Shown here: piece after piece, positions 7,914 through 15,503 of the stretch
How positions within the stretch are numbered: the first letter of the stretch is position 1
Layout: each line of letters opens with the position of its first letter
Source of the DNA: Uncultured Candidatus Berkiella sp.
GTDB taxonomy: Bacteria > Pseudomonadota > Gammaproteobacteria > Berkiellales > Berkiellaceae
Assembly (NCBI GenBank): GCA_964633725.1
Contig: CAZWHY010000011.1
Coordinates: 40,345 to 72,344, forward strand
Length of the DNA: 32,000 nucleotides
Direction: 5' to 3'
Notes under the pieces: model-generated
The model's database searches: none
What the model was told of the DNA's origin: nothing
The model's input: only the letters and a program-made list of their open reading frames with translations
Made by a program: the position numbers and the translations under genes

Positions 7914-9071
7914 TTACATGCCCATTCCTAATGCTTTATCTAAAATGAGCTTCAAATTGTGCTGTTGTAGTTTAATAGGATTGCCACTACAGGCAGGATC
8001 AGATAGTGCGAGCTGAATCAAATTTGGGTGATAGTCGTGCGTCATACCTAATTCAGATAAAGTATTAGGAATATCAAGTTGTTTTCTTAAATCCTGTACC
8101 CAAGTCAATATAGATTTCCCCTCATTAGTTTTAAGTCCTAAAAATCTCTCTAAGCGAGATAGCTTCTCGATTAAAACGGGATAATTAAATTCTAAGACAT
8201 AGGGCATTAATATAGCATTGAGCAAGCCGTGATGATAGTCATACAATGCACCAATCGCATGCGCTAATGCATGCATTCCCCCTAGGCCTTTTTGAAATGC
8301 GATTGCCCCCATTTGAGAGGCTGCTAACATGCTGCTACGTGCTTCTATATTGTGACCATTTTGATATGCTTGTATTAAATTATTTTTTATTTGACGCATA
8401 CCTTCTAGGGCAATACCTTCTGCACTGGGGTGAAAGCTCGGTGTACAATAAGCTTCTAAGCAGTGAGAGAGTGCATCCATACCTGTGGCCGCTGTGAGTG
8501 TTGCCGGGAGTGGCAGTGTGAGTTTTGGATCGGCTAAAACAGCTGTGGGGAGCAAATTGGGGTGGAATATAATCATTTTTCGATTTTGTTGTGTGTCATG
8601 TATCACCGCTGTTCTGCCCACTTCTGCACCTGTACCAGCGGTTGTTGGAATCGCAATAATGGGCGGAATAATATGTGTTGCTTTTTTATGATTGTCCCTC
8701 ACATCTTCTAGTTCTGACAGTGTAAAGCTATGATTAACTAATAAAGCAATTGCTTTGCCCACATCAATAGGGCTGCCACCCCCTAATGCGATAATGCCAT
8801 CACAATTTTTCTCTAAAAACTGAGCCTTCCCGGCTTGCACTTGAACATCTGTGGGGTTGGATTTTATCTCGCTAAAAACGCTCACCAAGATATTTTGCTT
8901 TTTAAGGTTTTGAATAATACCTTGTGCCATACTACTTTTGGCTAAAAATGGATCGGTGACCAATAATGGTTTTTGCAGGTTATGCTGTTTGCAAATATTG
9001 GGCAATTGATGAACGGCATCACAACCAAATAATATCTGGGTTGGGAAACTCCAAGCCTGTAATTGATTCAT
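7914..9071 (-). CDS. Iron-containing (group III) alcohol dehydrogenase
   Basis: 385-aa ORF with GGGSPIDVGKAIA (GGGSxxDxxK) and the metal-binding His cluster (MDALSHCLEAY, GGMHALAHAIG). There is a 4-nt ATGA overlap with the upstream ALDH gene. Confidence 0.9.
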   Translation of the reverse strand: MNQLQAWSFPTQILFGCDAVHQLPNICKQHNLQKPLLVTDPFLAKSSMAQGIIQNLKKQNILVSVFSEIKSNPTDVQVQAGKAQFLEKNCDGIIALGGGSPIDVGKAIALLVNHSFTLSELEDVRDNHKKATHIIPPIIAIPTTAGTGAEVGRTAVIHDTQQNRKMIIFHPNLLPTAVLADPKLTLPLPATLTAATGMDALSHCLEAYCTPSFHPSAEGIALEGMRQIKNNLIQAYQNGHNIEARSSMLAASQMGAIAFQKGLGGMHALAHAIGALYDYHHGLLNAILMPYVLEFNYPVLIEKLSRLERFLGLKTNEGKSILTWVQDLRKQLDIPNTLSELGMTHDYHPNLIQLALSDPACSGNPIKLQQHNLKLILDKALGMGM

Positions 9072-10456
9072 AAACCGCTCCTGCGAATATGATAAGATTT
9101 GGGGCGTGTGAGATTCTGAAAACCTAATTCGGATAAGCTACAACCTGTACCAGACAATTTTAATCCTGCCCAAGCCAGAGCCGGATCAAGATAATCGCAG
9201 CGATTGACAAATACGGTTCCTGCTTGGATGTCTTGCGCTAATATATAAGATGACTCTAGGTTTTCGCTCCAGATAGAGGCGGTTAAGCCAAATTGGCTGT
9301 CATTGATTCGTTTTACCGCCTCTTGATCAGATTGGACAGATTGAATTTTAACCACTGGGCCAAATATCTCTTGATGCATGATATCCATACTATGATCGAC
9401 TTGAGTCAGTATTTTGGGTGTCAGATAATTATTATCGAAAACTTGTTTTGCATTGTCGGTACCATATACTAATTCGGCGCCTTGTTGGCAGGCATGCGTA
9501 ATTTGTTCTTGGATTGTCTGAGCGGCTTGTAAACTGACCACAGGACCCAATGTTGTTGTATTGTCTAGTGGAGAACCCAGTTTTAGTTTCTGTGCTTCTG
9601 AAATGTAATTTTCCAGGAAATTTTTATATTGTGATTGATGCACATAAATGCGTTTGACACCACAACAGGATTGTCCTGCATTAAAAAAGGCACCATCGCA
9701 TAGGTTTATGGCGCTAAAACTTATATCAGCATCCGCTTTAACATAAGCGGCATCATGCCCGCCCAGCTCAAAATTGGTTAACATCGATTGTTGGCTAATA
9801 ACAGATTGTAAATATAGACCTGCTTTGACGGAGCCGGTGAAGCAAAGTGCTTGTATTTGACCGCTTTGTAATATTTTCTCACAAATATTGTGATCTATAT
9901 TTAAAAACTGAAACAGTCCTTTGGGTAAATCACATTCCAAAAAAGCCTTGTATAGTATCTCAGCACAGAGTGCGGTTTGGGCAGCGTGCTTTAAAATAAC
10001 AGCGTTGCCCGACAATAACGCTGGTATAATTGCATTAATGGCGGTTAAGAGTGGATAATTCCAAGGCGCAATATTCATCACAATGCCAACCGGCTCAAAA
10101 TCTATTTTGCGTGTTAACTGGGGACTTTTTTGAATGGTTTTTGAGCATAAAGCTTGTTCAGATATCCGAATCATATATTCTGTACGCTCTGCCACGCCAC
10201 GCAACTCACCGGCTGTCTGCTGGATGGGTCTGCCCATTTGCCAAGTAATCGCTCGTGATATGTTATCTTTGTTTTGATTGAGCGCTATGCAAAAATGGTT
10301 TAGTTTTTGAATACGCTCATTTAAGGGGCTAGATTGCCATATTTTTTGCGCAGATTCAGCCTCGGTCAAAGCCTGTTGGATTTGATTGGTATTATGATAA
10401 GCAATCGTCGCATAGATAGATTGGTCCACTGGGCTAATAATCTTAAATTCATGCAT
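9068..10456 (-). CDS. NAD(P)-dependent aldehyde dehydrogenase
   Basis: 462-aa ORF with the catalytic Cys motif FFNAGQSCCGVKRIYV, the Glu motif FELGGHDAAYV, and the PWNYP and EIFGPV motifs. Confidence 0.9.
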   Translation of the reverse strand: MHEFKIISPVDQSIYATIAYHNTNQIQQALTEAESAQKIWQSSPLNERIQKLNHFCIALNQNKDNISRAITWQMGRPIQQTAGELRGVAERTEYMIRISEQALCSKTIQKSPQLTRKIDFEPVGIVMNIAPWNYPLLTAINAIIPALLSGNAVILKHAAQTALCAEILYKAFLECDLPKGLFQFLNIDHNICEKILQSGQIQALCFTGSVKAGLYLQSVISQQSMLTNFELGGHDAAYVKADADISFSAINLCDGAFFNAGQSCCGVKRIYVHQSQYKNFLENYISEAQKLKLGSPLDNTTTLGPVVSLQAAQTIQEQITHACQQGAELVYGTDNAKQVFDNNYLTPKILTQVDHSMDIMHQEIFGPVVKIQSVQSDQEAVKRINDSQFGLTASIWSENLESSYILAQDIQAGTVFVNRCDYLDPALAWAGLKLSGTGCSLSELGFQNLTRPKSYHIRRSGL

Positions 10457-10457
10457 T

Positions 10458-11813
10458 TTATATTGCCTCGAAATATCTTTTTAACTGCCAATCGGTAATG
10501 GCCTGGTTGGCTTGTCGGACTTCCCATTCACGCGTTGCACTAAAGTGCTCCACAAATTCATGACCAAATAGCTCTTTGGCGGCTTCAGATTGCTTGAATC
10601 TATTGGCAGCATCTAGTAGGTGAGTGGGTAAAGGGATGCTATGTTCGCCTTGTTGGGTATAAGCATTGCCTTCTACTGGCGCTGTGGGGACGATTTTATT
10701 TTCAATACCCCATACCATTGCGCCAATGGCGGCGCTTAGTGCTAGATAGGGGTTCGCATCTGCACCCCCTGCTCTAAACTCAATGCGCTGTGATTGGGCG
10801 CTGCCTTGAATAACTCTAATAGAGCAAGTGCGGTTATCGATTCCCCAATTTGAGTGTGTTGGTGCCCAAAAGCCCGGCACAAGCCTGGTATAAGAATTAA
10901 TCGTGGGTGCGAAAAGTGCTGTAAACTCAGGTGCGAGTTGTTGCAGTCCTCCTAAACTATAAAGCATCGTTTTAGAGATATGATGCTCGCGTTTGGGATC
11001 ATAAAACAAAGGCTCCTGATTTTTGTTTTGCGCAGAAATATGCACATGTCCACTTTGACCAGGGTGATGAGGAGACCATTTGGCCATGAATGTCGCCATG
11101 AGGGATTGTTGTTGAGCTAACACTTTAGTAAAAGTCTTAAATACAGCGGCTTTATCGCCAGAATTTAGTGCTTCATCAACACCTATGGCGGCTTCTAATA
11201 CACCGGGGCCGGTTTCGCAATGCAAACCTTCTATTTCAAAATTCATTGCTCTGGCTAAGTTAAGTAAAGATTCGTGAAATGCTTGTTGTACAGAGTGTCG
11301 GAGCACAGAATACCCGTAATTACCCGGGGTAAAAGGTTTTAAGTTCCGAAAGTCTTTTTCTTGTACACTTTGAGGCGTTTCATCAAACATAAAAAATTCA
11401 TACTCTAATGCCGAATGAAAAAATAAATCATGTTGAGCGGCTCTGTTTAATACGTTTTTTAAAACTTGTCTGGGGCAAATTTTTCCAGCCTCTCCAACAA
11501 ACTCACACAAATATAATGCTGTATGTTCTTCAAAAGGAAGTTGACGCATAGAGTTTGGTATTATTTGTACTTTGGCATCAGGATATCCGGTGTGCCAGCC
11601 CGTAAAAGTCGTATTGTCATATAGTTGATCGTTAATATCCCAACCTAGTACAACATTACAAAATCCAAATCCGCTTTCCATAGATTGTACGAATTTTTGC
11701 TTTGACATGCGCTTGCCTCTGAAAACGCCATCGATATCAAAAATCCCCAACATCACCTGGTGTATATTCTCAGGGAGTGCAAAATCTTGTGGTTGTATGT
11801 TGGTTTGAATCAT
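10458..11813 (-). CDS. Glutamine synthetase-family ligase, gamma-glutamyl-amine (PuuA/GlnA3/IpuC-like) synthetase type
   Basis: 451-aa ORF with the GS catalytic-domain signature around KWSPHHPGQSGHVHIS and the C-terminal NRTCSIRV / EFRAGGADANPYLA motifs. Its stop is 1 nt from the ALDH start. Confidence 0.85.
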   Translation of the reverse strand: MIQTNIQPQDFALPENIHQVMLGIFDIDGVFRGKRMSKQKFVQSMESGFGFCNVVLGWDINDQLYDNTTFTGWHTGYPDAKVQIIPNSMRQLPFEEHTALYLCEFVGEAGKICPRQVLKNVLNRAAQHDLFFHSALEYEFFMFDETPQSVQEKDFRNLKPFTPGNYGYSVLRHSVQQAFHESLLNLARAMNFEIEGLHCETGPGVLEAAIGVDEALNSGDKAAVFKTFTKVLAQQQSLMATFMAKWSPHHPGQSGHVHISAQNKNQEPLFYDPKREHHISKTMLYSLGGLQQLAPEFTALFAPTINSYTRLVPGFWAPTHSNWGIDNRTCSIRVIQGSAQSQRIEFRAGGADANPYLALSAAIGAMVWGIENKIVPTAPVEGNAYTQQGEHSIPLPTHLLDAANRFKQSEAAKELFGHEFVEHFSATREWEVRQANQAITDWQLKRYFEAI

Positions 11814-11840
11814 TTTACTATATCCTTATTTGATTCAGAT

Positions 11841-12740
11841 CTATTTGGTATAACGGTGTGCCCTAATAGCCGGTAAAAATACGACTGGGTCAATGCGTAC
11901 ATCGTTTCGAATCATCCTGTTTTTATTTTTATCTTGTTTTTCCTTCGGGGGCTTAAACTCAGGGCACGGTGTGTGTGATGCTGCCGGAAAAAATATAGGT
12001 AATGGTCCTTTGATCATCATTCTTTTTATTTGTTTTTTTTCTTCAAAGACAATATTAGCACGCAAATGTGGTGCGAGTTCTTGGATAATGGCTAATGGTT
12101 CGTTAGCGGGTAATGTTTGACATTTTTGCAGTTGCAAAGCGATGTGGGTATGGTTCCCCTTTTTGGCCAGCATCTCGCATGCTTTTGCCGCGGTAATTTT
12201 TTTAATTGAGCGTGTATGCGCCCATGTCCAGTTGATTTTTTTAGGGGCTTGTTTTAAAACAGGCAGTTGTCTATAACACTGTTTTAAATGTAAACGCGCT
12301 AAGCCTATATTATGTAAAGCACGTGACGTAGAAGAGGGGCGGTTAGATAAAATAAGCTGTATGCCTTCTGCAATTTTTTTCTCTTTTAGGCTGAGCTTAG
12401 TGGTTTTTAGTGCCAACATGTTTTGTTTGAAATGAAATTTTCTTAAATTCACCATTTCGGCAAGTGCAATTGTCTCATTTGATGCGCCGATAAATCCAGC
12501 CGCAACAATAATTTCTCTGGGTTGTTGGTCGTCAAAATATTCTAAACGTTTTATCACAGAGCAAATTTGTTGACGATACGATTGATTTGGGATGACGAGC
12601 TCAGAAAAGCCTTTGATTTCTTGTAGCCATGCAACTAAAACATTGTCATTTAAAATAGCGCAAGAGAGTCTTTCAATAGCCAGATTGAGGTTATCAAAGC
12701 TATCTAGTAGATTTATCCTCAGTTCGGACTCTAACATCAT
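11841..12740 (-). CDS. tus: Tus-like DNA replication terminus site-binding protein
   Basis: 299-aa ORF, the same size class as E. coli Tus (309 aa). The comparison is by eye against the E. coli sequence recalled from memory. YRQLPVLKQAPKKINWTWAHTRSIKKITAAKACEMLAKK compares with [38 protein letters not shown]. N-terminal (..NVLVAWL.. vs ..KLLVARV..) and C-terminal (LPAIRAHRYTK vs IPRLHLYVAD) segments are also collinear. This was not computed. Confidence 0.55.
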   Translation of the reverse strand: MMLESELRINLLDSFDNLNLAIERLSCAILNDNVLVAWLQEIKGFSELVIPNQSYRQQICSVIKRLEYFDDQQPREIIVAAGFIGASNETIALAEMVNLRKFHFKQNMLALKTTKLSLKEKKIAEGIQLILSNRPSSTSRALHNIGLARLHLKQCYRQLPVLKQAPKKINWTWAHTRSIKKITAAKACEMLAKKGNHTHIALQLQKCQTLPANEPLAIIQELAPHLRANIVFEEKKQIKRMMIKGPLPIFFPAASHTPCPEFKPPKEKQDKNKNRMIRNDVRIDPVVFLPAIRAHRYTK

Positions 12741-12955
12741 GGTATAAACTCATCCTCTAGCTAATTACAGTACTGCAAACAAATACATATTAAAGCACAG
12801 TTTAAAGCCACAAAAATACTCAATTAATGAATTTCAATTCAGAAATACTAAATAATAAAGTCTATTCTTATTTATATGTACCATTGTTCTCAAGTGTGGG
12901 TACATTAAATTAAAAATACCAAATAATAAAATACTCGTAAAATAGGCAGTTATAA

Positions 12956-14008
12956 ATGAAAATTTTGCTTTGTGATAAAGAGCCTGAATCCCTGAAAAAA
13001 CTAATACAATACCTATCTGACCTTGGGCACGACTGTGTTGTGGCAGATAATGGTGTAAAAGCAATAAAAATGCTAGAAGAAGAGTCGCTGGATTTAATTA
13101 TATTAGATACAGATCTATCAGATATGTCTGGTATTGAAGTCACCCAAAAGTTGAAGGAATCTTGTTACCATATTACCAGTTGGTTGCCGATTATGTTGAT
13201 GAGTCATGATAACTCAGACAGTAATATAATTGCAGCTTTGAATGCGGGCGCAGATGACTTTATAACAAGACCTATTTCTTTTGAGTTAATGAAAGCCAAA
13301 ATAGGGGCTTTAAGACGTATTGTTTCGCGCAGAGAAAATCTTATTGATTTTGGGAATCAGCTGCAAGATTTGAATGAAAGGCTGGTCACATCAAATCAAT
13401 TGTTATCAGAACTGTCCTTAAAAGATCCTTTAACGTTATTAGCCAATAGACGAGCATTTGAAGAAGGCTTGGAGAGGACCTGTCGAATGGCTCACAGAGA
13501 TAAAACACCCTCTTCATTGATTATGATAGATATTGATCATTTTAAGCCATACAACGACACTTATGGCCATCAAGCGGGCGATGCTTGTCTCAAACAAGTC
13601 GCACAAACTATCAAAACGTCTTTATTTAGAAGTGGAGATATTGCTGCACGCTATGGTGGGGAGGAGTTCAGTGTTATTTTACCGAATACCCCACAAGAAG
13701 AGGCCATGGAGATTGGTGAACGTATTAGAGCGGCTATTGAGGCGTTAAAGCTAAAAAACATTGGTTCTCCCAAAGGGTATGTGAGTGCCAGCATGGGGGT
13801 TTCTTGTGCAAAGGCTAAGCAAGACTTTGTATCGGAGTCTTTAGTTGCTGCGGCAGATGAGGCGTTATATCAAGCCAAAGAGCATGGGCGCAATGTTGTT
13901 ATTGCGTCAGTTCAAGAAGTCAATGAGCAAAAGTCAGAACATCACTCATCCAGTTACAAAACAAGCAAAGTTAACCATAATCAGACAGAAAGCAAACGGC
14001 CTGAATAA
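12956..14008 (+). CDS. Response-regulator receiver domain fused to a GGDEF diguanylate cyclase (PleD/WspR-like)
   Basis: 350-aa ORF. The REC domain (KILLCDKEP...DLIILDTDLSDMSG...MLMSH...GADDFITRP) is followed by a coiled linker and then the GGDEF domain. The domain has an intact active site (RYGGEEF) and an I-site RSGD five residues upstream. Confidence 0.9.
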   Translation: MKILLCDKEPESLKKLIQYLSDLGHDCVVADNGVKAIKMLEEESLDLIILDTDLSDMSGIEVTQKLKESCYHITSWLPIMLMSHDNSDSNIIAALNAGADDFITRPISFELMKAKIGALRRIVSRRENLIDFGNQLQDLNERLVTSNQLLSELSLKDPLTLLANRRAFEEGLERTCRMAHRDKTPSSLIMIDIDHFKPYNDTYGHQAGDACLKQVAQTIKTSLFRSGDIAARYGGEEFSVILPNTPQEEAMEIGERIRAAIEALKLKNIGSPKGYVSASMGVSCAKAKQDFVSESLVAAADEALYQAKEHGRNVVIASVQEVNEQKSEHHSSSYKTSKVNHNQTESKRPE

Positions 14009-14025
14009 CTGGGATGTATTATGTC

Positions 14026-14062
14026 ATATTACGTGCCGCAGGTGTGCCTACGGCATAATATA
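14026..14062. terminator. Possible bidirectional hairpin terminator between the convergent GGDEF gene and fumC
   Basis: tattacgTGCCGcaggtgtgcctaCGGCAtaata: a 5-bp GC core stem (14034..14038 / 14051..14055) extendable through AT pairs with a 2-nt bulge, flanked by A/T runs. The hairpin is weak, with a 12-nt loop. Confidence 0.3.
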
Positions 14063-14073
14063 TTTAAGATTAA

Positions 14074-15468
14074 TTATTGACTACCCACTAGTCCGCCTTT
14101 GGTTAAAACAAAGGGATCTAAATAAGATTTGATGTCAGACTCAGACAAATCTGTCATTTCCAAAGCAACCTCTAATAGCGGTCTGTTTTCTGCATAGGCT
14201 GTTTTAGCAATTTTGGCGCCTAGTTCATATCCAATGACAGGATTCAACGCTGTCACTAAAATAGGATTTCTGGATAATTTTTCATTAATATTATCCTGAT
14301 TGATTGTAAAGCCTGCAATGGCTTTTTCTGCTAATACAGTCGATGTGTTGGCAATCAGCTGGATGCTTTGTAATATGTTGTATGCAATGACAGGGAGCAT
14401 AACATTTAGCTGAAAATTTCCATGTTGGCCAGACACGGCAATAGCCGTATCATTGCCTATGACTTGGGCACAAACCATCATGGTTGATTCGCAAATCACG
14501 GGATTAACTTTACCAGGCATAATACTACTACCCGGTTGTAGGGCGGGTAAGTGGATTTCACCAATGCCTGCTAGTGGACCGCTATTCATCCATCTTAAGT
14601 CATTTGCGATTTTCATTAAGCTGACTGCTACCACTCGAATTTGTCCTGATAAAGCCACAATAGCGTCTTGTGAGCTCAAGCTTTCAAAGCGATTAGGACT
14701 GGTTTGAAAAGAGAGGTTGGCTTCTGTAGATAAGGCAGCGGCTACTTTTTTCCCAAAGTCAGGGTGCGCATTAATACCTGTTCCGACCGCTGTGCCACCA
14801 ATCGCGAGCTTTAATATATCGGCCATGGCGAATTCAATGCGGCTTATGCCATTTTGAATTTGTTGTGACCAGCCGCTTAATTCTTGTCCCATAGTGACAG
14901 GCATGGCATCCATTAGGTGGGTTCTGCCTGTTTTGGTAATGTTTTCCAAAGATTTTGCTTTGGTGTCTATGGTTTGTTTGAGCTTTTGCAGGGCTGGGAG
15001 TAGCTGATTTTGAGTCTGGTAAGCCGCACTGACATGCAGAGCCGTTGGGATAATATCATTGCTGCTTTGTCCCATATTGACATCATCATTAGGATGAACC
15101 TCAACGCCGGCTTCGAGCGTGGCATAGCGCGCAATCACCTCATTGGTATTCATATTGGTGCTAGTGCCAGAGCCGGTTTGAAATACATCAATCGGAAAGT
15201 GTGCGTCTAAATCACCTGCGGCGACTTTATCGGCCGCGTCTGTGATGGCGATTGTTTTTTTATCATCCATATTACCCAGTGATTGGTTCGACAGAGCACA
15301 GGCTTTTTTGACCCAGCCCATTGCTTGAATGAACTGCCTAGGCATCGGCAAGCCGGAAATAGGGAAATTATCAATAGCACGCTGTGTTTGCGCACCGTAT
15401 AAAGCATCTTCCGGTACTTCCATTTCACCCATACTGTCGGATACTTTGCGAGTATTCAGTTGGCTCAT
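14074..15468 (-). CDS. fumC: Class II fumarate hydratase
   Basis: 464-aa ORF with the fumarate-lyase signature GSSIMPGKVNP and full-length similarity in layout to FumC (TGRTHLMDA, SSNDxxPTA motifs). Confidence 0.95.
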   Translation of the reverse strand: MSQLNTRKVSDSMGEMEVPEDALYGAQTQRAIDNFPISGLPMPRQFIQAMGWVKKACALSNQSLGNMDDKKTIAITDAADKVAAGDLDAHFPIDVFQTGSGTSTNMNTNEVIARYATLEAGVEVHPNDDVNMGQSSNDIIPTALHVSAAYQTQNQLLPALQKLKQTIDTKAKSLENITKTGRTHLMDAMPVTMGQELSGWSQQIQNGISRIEFAMADILKLAIGGTAVGTGINAHPDFGKKVAAALSTEANLSFQTSPNRFESLSSQDAIVALSGQIRVVAVSLMKIANDLRWMNSGPLAGIGEIHLPALQPGSSIMPGKVNPVICESTMMVCAQVIGNDTAIAVSGQHGNFQLNVMLPVIAYNILQSIQLIANTSTVLAEKAIAGFTINQDNINEKLSRNPILVTALNPVIGYELGAKIAKTAYAENRPLLEVALEMTDLSESDIKSYLDPFVLTKGGLVGSQ

Positions 15469-15503
15469 TGTTTTGTAACCTTAATTTTAGTTGGGAATGG
15501 ACA

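Noticed and set aside
12886-12915. 7-bp inverted repeat ATGTACC-N16-GGTACAT in the tus / GGDEF divergent intergenic region
   Set aside because: The repeat is short, with a long spacer, in a 215-bp AT-rich region. There is no supporting second copy or known motif.
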